Source of the DNA: Eledone cirrhosa
Lineage: Eukaryota
Direction: 5' to 3'
Assembly: GCA_964016885.1 (NCBI GenBank)
Contig: OZ024740.1
Location: 268,026,001 to 268,090,000, forward strand
DNA: 64,000 nt
The notes under the pieces were generated by a model. The model had not been told where the DNA came from. It worked only from the letters and a program-made list of their open reading frames with translations, and made no database searches. The stretch's first letter is position 1, and every line of letters begins with the position of its first letter. Below, one piece after another: positions 1-11,676 of this stretch. A program made the translations under genes and the position numbers.

Positions 1-45
1 TGCTTAAACTTTAATCTGTTATTTTAATAAATAAATATATATATA

Positions 46-230
46 CGATATTAACAAATGGAAACTATATTTATAAAACCATATTTATTTCATTATACAT
101 ATTTAAAGGACACCAAGTTAAATTATGGTGTGCTTTCATCAGATAAAATGTAATATAGATCAGTTTTATAAATAAATATTGACATACCCTTAAAAAATGC
201 AACCATTACTGTTGGAAGCTCCCGGATAGT
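46..230 (-). mobile_element. Penelope-like terminal module, family A, with a degenerate hammerhead (86-150)
   Basis: Same sequence as 7579-7756 and 42800-42985. Minus strand reads CTGATGA-AAGCACACCA...TGGTGTCCTT-TAAA (GAAA mutated). Flanked by (TA)n. Confidence 0.65.
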
Positions 231-469
231 ATATATATATATATATGTACGCTTAACATGTATACGCAACCTTAGATTTGGGGGTCCAGTTTTTTGCCAT
301 ATTGGTGGAGCCGCTCAAAAGCTAGTCTCATTCGTCAGGCGCACGGTGAGAAGTTTAAAAAGCCATTACTTCATGATATATAATCATATTTCTTGGAGAG
401 TTTTCCTCAAGGAGAGTTTTACACAAAGGGGTGTAATTCCCAAAACAGACCTTAGATTATAATATATCA

Positions 470-1240
470 CTATACAAGGTTTGTCCCAAAAGTAAGAGTA
501 CTGGTGTTTTCTCTAAATGTATCTTAGACGTGAATGAAATTACAAGTTATCTCCTTCAAAATACGACCTTTGGGATTCACACGGGGGTTCCAACGTTTTC
601 TCCATTGATCGTAGCTGTACCGGAAGTCGTTTTCTTTGAATTTCTTTTGGTCATCAGTTACAATTTTTTGTATGTGTTCCACAGTCCCAAATTGATTTGA
701 ACTCAGGGAAGAAATCACACGGAGCTAGATCTGGACTCTAGGGGAGATGCAGAAGAATGTGTTATTCTTCACCAGAAATTCTCTAATTGAAAGTGCCTAT
801 GAGCAGGTGCGTTATCGTACTACAGTACCCAATCTCTTTCAATGTTCTTTCGGACTCGCTGGACCCATTTTCGAAGTCGTCCAAGACGTCTTTGTAGAAG
901 GAGCGATTAATACCACAGCTGTCAAAAAAAAAAAAAGTAAAAAAGAAAAAAAAATGATAGTCGTCATTTTCACCTTGGATCTTCTCACATTCACTTTCTT
1001 CAGACGAGGAGAATTTTTCGTGTGTCACTTTGCTGTTTTTTCTCTGGATCATACTCGAGCAAGAAATTTATCCAAGAAATTTGGCACAACTTCGAGTCTT
1101 TCTGGTAAATCCTGACAAATTGGTTGGCTTTTTGCTCCACAGACAACTGTTTTGCACACATTTTTTGCATGTGTAAATGGTCTGTTAACATTCTGTGAAC
1201 TGCATTGTTATCCAAGCCCGTTTCTTCTGCAAATAAACCT
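470..1240 (-). mobile_element. Degraded mariner (Tc1/mariner) transposase remnant
   Basis: Minus-strand fragments give EYDPEKKQQS, DNAPAH, (Y)SPDLAP and DQWRKRW, all mariner transposase motifs. TA plus a TIR-like end near 470. Multiple frameshifts. Confidence 0.8.
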
Positions 1241-1262
1241 TTTGGTGTAAGGGATAGTCAGC

Positions 1263-2580
1263 TTTTATTCTGCAAGAGCATCCTGGATTTTCATCTGGTT
1301 TGTTCTTTGCTGCGATTTTAGACCTCATAAATAGGATATCCTCACCGATCGGTGATTGGAGATTTTACTGCATCTGTGTTGTGTGGGAACGTAAATATCA
1401 ATTAGGTCTAAAAATCTCTTACCTTCATTAGTCCTTAAGTTAAGTGTTATGAAAGTTGGCAAACAAGATTATTTTTCTTTTTCTATTTCTATTCTTAGGT
1501 TGATGTCTATTGGGTGTGTACTTGATCTCTTCTCTGAATCCAATATGGATGACCTTGTAGTACGGCACTCCCTTCTCAAATATAAGTCTGTTTAGTGATA
1601 GGTTCGAGATTCTACGGCTAATATTAGGGATTAGATTATTAAAATCTGTGGATGGGTGGCAGGATCCTCTATTAATATATTTTAGTCTTTCATTTGGCTT
1701 ATGGTGGGGGTTATGTGTACCCTGTTGGTAGGACTAAGTTGATGCCAAGAATGTCTTCGCTAGTGAGGTTCGAGGTTATTTTAATCTTAATTAAGTTCTA
1801 GGGTACTAAGCGTGTCTATTAACTCTTTAGGGAACCTGTCTAGAATGTGTCCACTGCAGTGGTATGTTAAAGAAAGGCCGTTGTCATGATATAGGCCAAA
1901 CGTGTCGAGCCTGAAGACCTTGCCAGGAACCCCGGGAAGAGTTCTCTCTTTTTCGTAAAAGACCGCGTCCTTGAGAACCCCACCGAGACCTCGAATGAAT
2001 CCTGAGGGTCCGATTTTCTTTACCCTAGCGGTACCATTGATAGACAGAAGAGTTATTCGGGTGTGGTAAATCAGGTCTAACTGTTGGTCACTGATGGATC
2101 TGACGGCACGGGCGAAGTTCAAGACCTTGTCTATTATTGGTTTAGTAATAGAGGGGTAAAAATCAGTTATATCGAACTATTCTTAGAAGGAATATCTTTG
2201 AACCAGAATATAACAGATGTTGTGTTCTTCCAGAACAACAAGCTTGCGTTTTTGATGATTCGTGTGTTGGTTTCCCCTAACATTTTCTTAGTAGCTAAAC
2301 CTAATACAGTTCTAGGTGTGTTTATGAGCATACACGATGGCCTGCTTGTAAAATCCGATTTCTGATCCTTCAGGGTAATAAAAGCATCACATTTAGCTAA
2401 CCTTTCTAGTCTATTGACAATTTAAAAATTTTTCGCTCGTTCTTTGGCTTCGTTGTTAATTGAATTATATTTGTCAGGTTTAGCTTTCTGGTATATATTT
2501 GTTATATTGTTCCATATAAGCTGTCCTTATCTTTCCCTATTCTTCTCATATACGTTCTTCGTTTTGTCAAAGAAAACAAA
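1263..2580 (-). mobile_element. Degraded Penelope-like reverse transcriptase fragment
   Basis: Minus-strand translation gives AFITLKD...SDF...RPSC.LIN, FWKNTTSVIFWF and FGLYHDNGL (degenerate Y.DD). These resemble GIY-YIG PLE RTs. Confidence 0.65.
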
Positions 2581-2606
2581 TATATGTATGCATCTATGTA
2601 TGTATG

Positions 2607-2659
<53 letters not shown>

Positions 2660-2776
2660 TATTAGTCTTCAAATTTATATATATATATATATATATTTAT
2701 ATATTTATATATATATATATATTTATTATTAGTCTTCAAATTTATTATTATTACTATATATATATATATGTGTGTG

Positions 2777-2807
<31 letters not shown>

Positions 2808-2808
2808 A

Positions 2809-2846
<38 letters not shown>

Positions 2847-3050
2847 TGTATGTGTGTGTGTGTGTGAAAAGTAAACGAAGAAACAACGACAATGATAATT
2901 ATTAGTGAGGGTAAAATTTGAAGGAGATTGGGGAATAAGTGGAGAAAATGTTTGAGAATACACAAATACAATAGTATGATAGAGAGTTGTATAGTATGAT
3001 AGAGAGTTGTATAGTATGATAGAGAGTTGTATAGTATGATAGAGAGTTGT
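2581..3050. repeat. (TA)n/(TG)n microsatellites, short PLE-end fragments (TTAGTCTTCAAATTT) and a 20-bp tandem repeat (ATAGTATGATAGAGAGTTGT x4)
   Basis: Directly visible. Confidence 0.9.
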
Positions 3051-3139
3051 AGAGCAAAGAATGATAAATGAAACACTAACATTACTAAAAAGTCATATAG
3101 GAACAATGGAAAGTATTTATATTTTATTATTTTCATATT

Positions 3140-3563
3140 AAAGGGCGGTACAGAGTCGGACACGATGCTTTGCAGCACAGAGTTACGCCGCTTTACGGTC
3201 TGAGTTCAAATCCCGCCGAGGTTAACTTTGCCTTTCATCCTTACGGGGTCGATAAAATAAAGCACCAGTAACGCACTGGTGTCGATTTAATCGACTTCCC
3301 CCTCCCCACACATTGCTGGCATTGTGCATATATAAGAAACCATTATTTTCTGGCAGTATCGGTAGAGCGTCGGACAAAATGCTTCGTGGCATAGAGTTAC
3401 GGGCCTTCACGTTCTGAGTTCAAATCCCGCTGAGGTTAGCTTTGCCTTTCATCCTTACGGGGGTCGATAAAATAAAGAATCACTCATGCACTGGAGTCGA
3501 TTTATACGATTTTCCCTTCCCCAAAAATTGCTGGCCTTGTGTCTATATAAGAAACCATTATTT
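3140..3563 (+). mobile_element. Two tandem tRNA-derived SINE copies
   Basis: B-box-like GAGTTCAAATCC, central TTGCCTTTCATCCTTACGGGGTCGATAAAATAAAG and tail GGCCTTGTG...AGAAAC-ATTATT. Confidence 0.85.
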
Positions 3564-3994
3564 TCACACTGAGGCCCCTAATTCAAAACTGCACTTATAT
3601 ATAATCCTCCTCCATACACATACACACATACACACACATATGATGACGGTACTCTCTTTCCCTGTCGTTTGTATTTTCTACATAGTCCTTGGTTTCAACA
3701 TTTGTGTTCTTCACTTTTGTTGAATCATGCAATTTATTTTGTCCCATTCGCTTGTCCAAGTCGTTGAATTGGTAGAATTAAATGTCTCGGCATTTTCCAA
3801 GTTCATTACAATCAGAGTTCAAATCCCGCAGAGTTCATCTTTGCTTTTCATGTTTTCGGGATAAAAAAAATTACCGGTTCAGGGACAATGGATTATAGGG
3901 GATTTTTAATGACTAGGCATCTGATGCGGATTCTATGTCTTTTTAGCCCAAATTTCGGCTACATTTGCCGGGAGTTGCAGATAGTATCTTCAAT

Positions 3995-4182
3995 GGTTGG
4001 ATTGGCAGAATCGGTAGAGGGTCGGACGCCATACTTTGACGCATAGAGTTACGGCCCTTGCCATTCTGAGTTCAAATCACGCCGAGGTTAACTTTGCCTT
4101 TCATCCTTACGGGGTCGATAACATAAAGTACCAGTAATGTACTGGGTAATTGCTGGCCTTGTGCCAAAGGTAGAAACAATTA
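3995..4182 (+). mobile_element. tRNA-derived SINE
   Basis: Full head TGGCAGAATCGGTAGAG, B box, core and tail. Confidence 0.9.
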
Positions 4183-4924
4183 TTTATTTCCTTGGTCCGA
4201 TATGAAGATTGTCTCCTTTGTATCCACTATTTTTACACGTCCATTCCTATATTCTCTATTCTGATCTAAACTGACGTTCCTGTAGATCTGGGTTCCTCTT
4301 CAATTCTCTTATCGTCTTTTTTTTTTTTGTCATCTGACGGCTTTAATTTTAGCATCAGATGCTGTTTCCATCGTCAGCCGATCAGCTGGCACCAGTACTG
4401 ACATATTTTGACTGTCCCACACCCACCTCCCTCCTGGTTGTGTATAAAATAGTTTCGTGGAATTCTTCAACCTCTTAGCCAACATGCACCGAAATAAATC
4501 CCACCACCACCACCACCACCACCAGATCGCTTGTGATAGGCCTGTCATCACAGTGCGTCTCCCTCGCCGTCCTTTCGGGCAATGCATTCTCCGTCCTGTC
4601 GGCCTGGACCAAGAGGTAGAGGGTAAGTTAGTTGGAGGTGGAGAATCCTCGTTCGGACGCCACACATATACATACATTGATGTATTCTTTTGGCATTGAT
4701 ATGTCTGTGTCCGCCGAGGCCGTGGAGCGGCCAGCACGTGGCACTCCATTTGATCATAATACAGAGAGATGGGGAGAGAGAGCGATGGGGGCGATGGCAG
4801 TGGGAGTTCGGCTCTTCCGTGTTCTGACCTGGTGTGCAACGTCAGTTGTCCGTAGGGAGGTAGTGGTTTGTACTTAGCGAAGGTTTTTAGAACCTTGTGC
4901 TGGCGATTCCTGTGTGTATTATTC

Positions 4925-5600
4925 AGTAATGCACTGGGTAATTGCTGGCCTTGTGCCAAAAGTAGAAACAATTATATTACATGCTTTCCTGCATAGTTAC
5001 GTCCCTTTACGATCTGAATTCAAATCCCACCGAGGTTGACTTTGCCTTTCATCCTTACGGCGTCGATGAAATAAAGTACCAGTAATGCACTGGTTAATTG
5101 CTGGCCTTGTGCCAAAAGTAGAAACAATTATATTACATGCTTTCCTGCATAGTTACGTCCCTTTACGATCTGAATTCAAATCCCGCCGAGGTTGACTTTG
5201 CCTTTCATCCTTACGGCGTCGATGAAATAAAGTACCAGTAATGCACTGGTTAATTGCTGGCCTTGTGCCAAAAGTAGAAACAATTATATTACATGCTTTC
5301 CTGCATAGTTACGTCCCTTTACGATCTGAATTCAAATCCCGCCGAGGTTGACTTTGCCTTTCATCCTTACGGCGTCGATGAAATAAAGTACCAGTAATGC
5401 ACTGGTTAATTGCTGGCCTTGTGCCAAAAGTAGAAACAATTATATTACATGCTTTCCTGCATAGTTACGTCCCTTTACGATCTGAATTCAAATCCCGCCG
5501 AGGTTGACTTTGCCTTTCATCCTTACGGGGTCGATGAAATAAAGTACCAGTAATGCACTGGTTAATTGCTGGCCTTGTGCCTAAAGTAGAAACAATTATA
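4925..5600 (+). repeat. SINE-derived 156-bp tandem array (about 4.3 units)
   Basis: AATTGCTGGCC recurs at 4940, 5096, 5252, 5408 and 5564. Units are near-identical 5'-truncated SINEs. Confidence 0.9.
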
Positions 5601-5979
5601 CATAAACAAAATTAAGTAATGAAAAAAGGGGAAGGAGTAAAGTTGGGCAGATGTGGCTGCATAAGAAAGTAAAGAAAAATACTAGAAATACCATAAATTA
5701 GAAGAAAAGGAGGGAAAAAGCAAGGGCTAGTAGGCAATGGAGGAAAGAGTGGGGAAGAGGAGAGGGTAATATAAAATGAAAAAAAAATTAGTTGTAATGT
5801 GCACAGTTAGTTGTGTGTGGGCCTCAGACAACACATATGTGACCCATGTGGTCCTCTGGGGACCCTCAGTTTGACATGCCTGGTGCATACCACCTTACCA
5901 TATATTTATTTCCATATGTATTTCATACATCAATTTGCCAATATATGTACCTATTTACACCTTGGGTTGCTGGTATGAG

Positions 5980-6545
5980 TGTAGTGTGTGCGTGTGGGTG
6001 AACATGTGTGTGTATGTGTGTCTGCATGTGTGTGTGCGTGTGTGTGTGCTAGTGTGTGTGTGTGTGTGTTTGTGTGTGTGCGCGCGTGTGTGTGTGTGTG
6101 CATCTGTGTGTGTGCGTGTGTGTGTGCTAGTGTGTGTGTGTGTGTGTGTGTTTGTGCGTGCGCGCGTGTGTGTGGATGTATGTGTGTGCGTGTGTGTGTG
6201 CGTGTGTGTGTGTGCGTGCGTGTGTGTGTGTGCGCGTGTGTGTGCATGTGTGTGCGTGTGTATGTGCTAGTGTGTGTGTGTGCGTGTGTGCGTGCGTGCG
6301 TGTGTGTGTGCTAGTGTGTGTGTGTGTGTGCGTGCGTGTATGTGTGCGTGTGTGTGTGTGTGTGTGTGTGCTAGTGTATGTGTGTGTGCGTGTGTGTGTG
6401 CATGTGTGTGCGTGCGTGCGTGTGTGTGCATGTGTGTGTGTGTGCATGTTTGTGTGTGTGTGCATGTCTGTGTGCATGTCTGTGTGTGTATGCGTGTGTG
6501 TGTGTGTGTGTGTGTGTGTATGCGTGTGTGTGTGTGTTTGTCTGT
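5980..6545. repeat. Compound (TG)n microsatellite
   Basis: Directly visible. Confidence 0.95.
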
Positions 6546-6675
6546 TTGTTATATCTCCACGTACCAGTTCCAATCTTTCATGCTTTCTTACCGTTGTTAT
6601 TCTATACTACACTGTATAATACAGTAATTTGCCAATTCAAAAATAAATTTATTCAAATTCAAATATTATATTACA

Positions 6676-6860
6676 TTGGCAGTATCGGTAGAGGGTCGGA
6701 TGCCATGTTTTGCAGCATAGAGTTACGGCCCTTTATGATCTGTGTTCAAATCCCGCCGATGTTAACTTTGCCTTTCATCCTTACAGGGCGTCGATAAAAT
6801 AAAGTACCAGTAATACACTGGAGTAATTGCTGGCCTTGTGCCAAATGTTGAAACAATTAT
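6676..6860 (+). mobile_element. tRNA-derived SINE
   Basis: Head, B box, core and tail as in the other copies. Confidence 0.9.
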
Positions 6861-7194
6861 GTATGAACATAATTAAGTAAAGAATAAAAATGGGAGGGGT
6901 AAATATGGGCAGATGTGGCTGTATAGGAAAGTAAAGAAAAATACTAGAAATGCCATAAATTAGAAGAAAAGGAGGGAAAAGCAAGGTCTAGTAGGCAATG
7001 GAGGAAAGGGAGAGGAAGGGGAGACGGTGATAGACTCTCTTGTCTTTTAGCCACTCCTACAAGTGTCAATCACTCTCCTATACTCTGGCATCAAATGGTC
7101 AGTAACTTGTATAATGAGCAAAACCTCATCAGTCTTTAACGAATTCTAAAAGAAAACTTAAATAGTCTTGTAAGAGTGGCTTTTTAATCAATTA

Positions 7195-7230
<36 letters not shown>

Positions 7231-7382
7231 AGATGTGTTTGTCTGTATATATGTGAGTGTATCTGTTTATATGTGTGTGCGTATATATATATATATGTAT
7301 ATATATATGTGTGTATATATATATGTATATACATATATATATGTGTATATATATATATAAATATGTATATATATATATATAT

Positions 7383-7449
<67 letters not shown>

Positions 7450-7578
7450 AAACTTCTATTTAAATTGTTGGGATACATGGCCGGATGGCTGAAAGAGGTA
7501 AAAGAATAAAAGAGTAGACAACAAGCAAATATTTTTATAACTGATATAAAGCACTCAACAAATAATTGGAGTAAAAAT

Positions 7579-7929
7579 ACGATATTAACAAATGGAAACT
7601 ATATTTATAAAACCATATTTTTTCATTATACATATTTCAAGGACACCAAGTTAAATTATGGTGTGCTTTCGTCAAATAAAATATAATATAGAGCAGTTTT
7701 ATAAATAAATATTGACATACCCTTAAAGAATGCAACCATTACTGTTGGAAGCTCCCGGGAGCTTCCAACAGTAATGGTTGCATTCTTTAAGGGTATGTCA
7801 ATATTTATTTATAAAACTGCTCTATATTATATTTTATTTGACGAAAGCACACCATAATTTAACTTGGTGTCCTTGAAATATGTATAATGAAAAAATATGG
7901 TTTTATAAATATAGTTTCCATTTGTTAAT

Positions 7930-7934
<5 letters not shown>
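7579..7934. repeat. Near-perfect foldback (about 178-bp arms) of PLE module family A, each arm carrying an HHR motif
   Basis: Arms meet at GCTCCCGGGAGC (centre 7756/7757). Plus arm reads TTGACGA-stem II-GAAATATGTATA at 7838-7886. Confidence 0.85.
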
Positions 7935-7972
<38 letters not shown>

Positions 7973-8109
7973 GTTAAACAAGGTTCAATGAATAAATCAA
8001 AGAATAAAGTTTTACAATAGATTAGAAGCACTCAACAAGGATGATTTTCTGGAGTTATTAATATTAATTCAAAATATTAACAAAAATAGACATTCGTGTG
8101 ATCAAGTAT

Positions 8110-8175
8110 GTTTTATTATACATATTTCAGAGGTACTGAGCTATCTTCAACAGTACGTCCTCATCAGATAAAATA
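8110..8175 (-). ncRNA. Type I hammerhead ribozyme (family A-related)
   Basis: TTTTAT-CTGATGA-GGACGTACTG(loop)CAGTACCTCT-GAAA-TATGTATA^ATAAAA. Stems I and II pair, stem III is minimal. Confidence 0.8.
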
Positions 8176-8260
8176 AGATGATGCATGACATACCTTGATT
8201 AGTCAGGGTATGTCATGCATCCACTCCCTACACACCCTTGGAACTCTCTTCCCACACACT

Positions 8261-8296
8261 TTTCACCTGAAGAAGGGCTTATGCCCGAAACGTCGC
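8261..8296 (+). ncRNA. Minimal Penelope-type hammerhead motif
   Basis: CTGAAGA-AGGGCTTATGCCC-GAAACGTC with palindromic ACGT stem III. Stem I is poorly formed in this copy. Confidence 0.6.
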
Positions 8297-8377
8297 CCCG
8301 CCCCACTCTCAAGAGCGTGAAACTAATAAACCTTTGTTCGTACTGCCTCTCTGTTTTGTTCCCGTTCAATTTTTTAC

Positions 8378-8418
<41 letters not shown>

Positions 8419-8521
8419 ATATATATATATAAATGAAAAGTATAGAAATTGTTGTAGCGAGAAGCTAACAGTATTCCATAACATATTCCATAACATATAT
8501 ATATATATATATATATATATG

Positions 8522-8559
<38 letters not shown>

Positions 8560-8599
8560 GGTATATATATATATATACACATATATATGCGTATGCGTG

Positions 8600-8882
8600 T
8601 GTGTGCGTTTGCACGAAGAGAGAGAAAAATAAAAAGATAGAGATACATAGACATATTATAGATAGAAAGAGAGAGAAAGAGAAAGGTATAGAAGAAATAT
8701 AACGAGCAAGGAGGGGAGACGATGGAGGGTGTGTGTTGGGAGGGGAGGGGAATATTAGAACGCTGGTGGGGAGTAGAGGAGAATAGAGAAGAGAGAGAGA
8801 GAGAGAAGAACTGGCAATGGGAACCTGGCCAGCTGACAGACGCCTGATGCTACACGTGCCAGAATGAAGGCAAGGTGAGAGA

Positions 8883-8913
<31 letters not shown>

Positions 8914-9281
8914 GGTTGGTGACTGTATATTATACAGACAGTGACAGCAACAGGAGGAGGGGAGGAGGGCGGAGGAGGAGGAAATTACGAAACAACGAGG
9001 AAGAGAGTGCAAGAGAGAGAGAGAGAGAGAGTGTGTGCAAGTTTGAGAGTGAAAGGAGAGAGAGAGAGAGATAAAGAGAGGGAGAGGGGAAGGGATAGCG
9101 AAAAAGAGAGAGTGAGAGAGTGACATAGATAAATAGAGAGAGTGAGAGTTATAGAGAGGGGTTAGATAGAGAAAGAGTTACAGTGTATGAGAAAGAGAGA
9201 GAAAGAAATAGAGAGCGAGAAAGAGAAAGAGAGGTGAGAGAAAAAGAGAGAGAGGGGTAAGATAGAGAAAGTGTGACAGAG

Positions 9282-9322
<41 letters not shown>

Positions 9323-9443
9323 ACGAGAAAGATAATACGAGAGAGAGAGAGGAGAGAGAGAGAGAGTGAAGGTGAGATAAGTAAAGGAAAGAGAGAGAGA
9401 GAGAGAGAGACAGGACGAGAGAGAGAGAGACAGGACGAGAGAG

Positions 9444-9489
<46 letters not shown>

Positions 9490-10962
9490 TAGATATAGAG
9501 TAAAATGGAGATTTTGTAGATGAGAATGTGTGAGGTGTGTTGGGTACAGGTAGCTGTATAATGAAAGATAAGTGAGGCGTGGAGGTACATGTATCAGGGT
9601 ACATGTGTGTGGGGTGTGTGGGTACATGTGTGTGTGGGGTCTGTGTGGGTACGTGTGTGAGTGTGTGTGTGTCTGTGTCTGTGTGTGTGGGTACATGTGT
9701 GTGAGTGTGTGTGTGTGTGTGTGTGTGTCTGTGTGCGTGAGTGTGTGTGTGTGTGTGGGGGGGGTACATGTGTGTGAGTGTGTGTGTGTGTCTGTGTGTG
9801 AGTGCGTGTGTGTGTGTGGGTACATGTATGTGAGTGGGCACAGGAACATACTGTCTATACCGTAGTGTGCTGTGTGTGTGCCTGTGTGTGTGTGTGTGTG
9901 TGTTCGTGTGTGTGAATGAGCACAGTGTTTGTGCTTGTGTTTGTGTGTGTGTAGGGGTGGGGGTGGGGGTTAGTGTGTGTGACTGAGTATGTGTGTGTGT
10001 ATTGTGTGTGTATCCGTGTGCATGTACTGTTCTGTGTAGAATGTGCTGAGTGTGTGTGTTTGTGTGAGGGTGAGTGTGTGTGTGTGTGTGTGTGTGTATG
10101 CAGTGTGTGTGTGTGTGTCTGTATCCGGTTCATGTGTGTGAGTGGGCGCACGAACATAGTGTCTATACAGTTCTGTTCTGTGTAATGTGTGTGTGTGTGT
10201 GAGTGTCTGTGCGTATGTGTGTGTGTGTGAGTGTGTGTGTTTGTGTGCGTATGTGTGTGTGTGTGTGAGTGTGTGTGTGTCTGTGTGTGTGAGTGTGTGA
10301 GTGTCTGTGCGTGAGAGTGTGTGAGTGTCTGTGCGTGTGTGTGTGTGTGTGGGGTGTGGTGGTGGTGGTTTAGTGTGTGTGAGTGTGTGGGAGTGAGTAT
10401 GCGTGTGTGTGTGTGTGGTGCTGTGTGTGTGTAAGTGTTTGTATCCGTGTGCATGTGTCCATAGCGTACTGTTGTGTGCTGTGTGATGTGTGTGTGTGTG
10501 CGTCTGTATCCGGCCACATGTGTGTGAGTGGGCACAAATCTCTATACCATACTGTTCTGTGTGTGGGTGTGGGTGAGTGTGTGTGTGTATGTGTGTGTGT
10601 GTGAGTGTGTGTATGTGTGTTTGTGTGTGTGTTTGTATGTGTGTGTGTGTATGTGTTTGTGTGTGTGAGTGAGCACAGTGTTTGTGTTTGTGTTTGTGTG
10701 TGGGTACATGTGTGTTCCACACTGTTCTGTGTAAAGTGTGCTGTGTGTGTGTATGTTTGTGTGTGTGTATCCGGGTGCATGTGTTGTGAGTGTGTATGTG
10801 AGAGAGTGTGTGTGTATGTGGGTGTGTGAATGAATGTGTGTGTATGTGTGTGTGTGTGTGCAGATCTGTATATATCTGTGATTTTCGGGGGCGTAGTGTT
10901 TGATTATAATACACACAAACACACACACACACACACACACACATGCACACACACACACACAT

Positions 10963-11008
<46 letters not shown>

Positions 11009-11276
11009 ATGCACACACACACACAAACAAACAGGCACACACACACGTACACACACAAACACACATAAAATCACTCACCTTGACAAATACAAGCATGTAT
11101 ATATACTGCACTGAAAACATGACTTTCTACTCTGTCTGTGTGTGAATGTGCGCGTGTGTGTGTGTGTGAGTGTGCGTGTGTGCATGCGTGTGTGTTGTGT
11201 GTGGATGTGTGTATGTATAGATCTGTGTATGCCTGTGTACGTGAATGGTTGATTTACGGGTGTGTAGTTTTTGCAT

Positions 11277-11343
<67 letters not shown>

Positions 11344-11440
11344 ATACAATCACTCACCCACACAAATACAAGCATGTATATATATATATATACTGCATGT
11401 ATATATAAATACAAGCATATATATATCTATATATACAGTA
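8600..11440. repeat. Long compound (GA)n/(TG)n/(CA)n low-complexity tract
   Basis: Directly visible. Confidence 0.95.
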
Positions 11441-11676
11441 CAGAAAACATGACTGTCTAGTTTTATCTTTTCTATCAATTCTGCTTCGCATATTCATATG
11501 AGTAGCTGGTAGTTTCTTAGAAACGTTTAAACTCCCAAATGCAAACTCCAACGTAAGGGTGAACATTTCAAAAACCAACGATGAAAAAGAAAAAAATCTT
11601 AAAACACTGTGGCTTTTCAATATAAAAATAGTTAAAAGGAAATCTGTTCCCCACTCGTATACATATATGTGCGTTG

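Noticed and set aside
3995-4090. tRNA-like sequences with A/B boxes
   Set aside because: They are SINE heads continuing into a shared core and tail, not tRNA genes.
4925-5600. CRISPR-like regular repeats (also 23566-23840 and 58086-58330)
   Set aside because: Whole units repeat with no unique spacers, there are no cas genes, and the context is eukaryotic.
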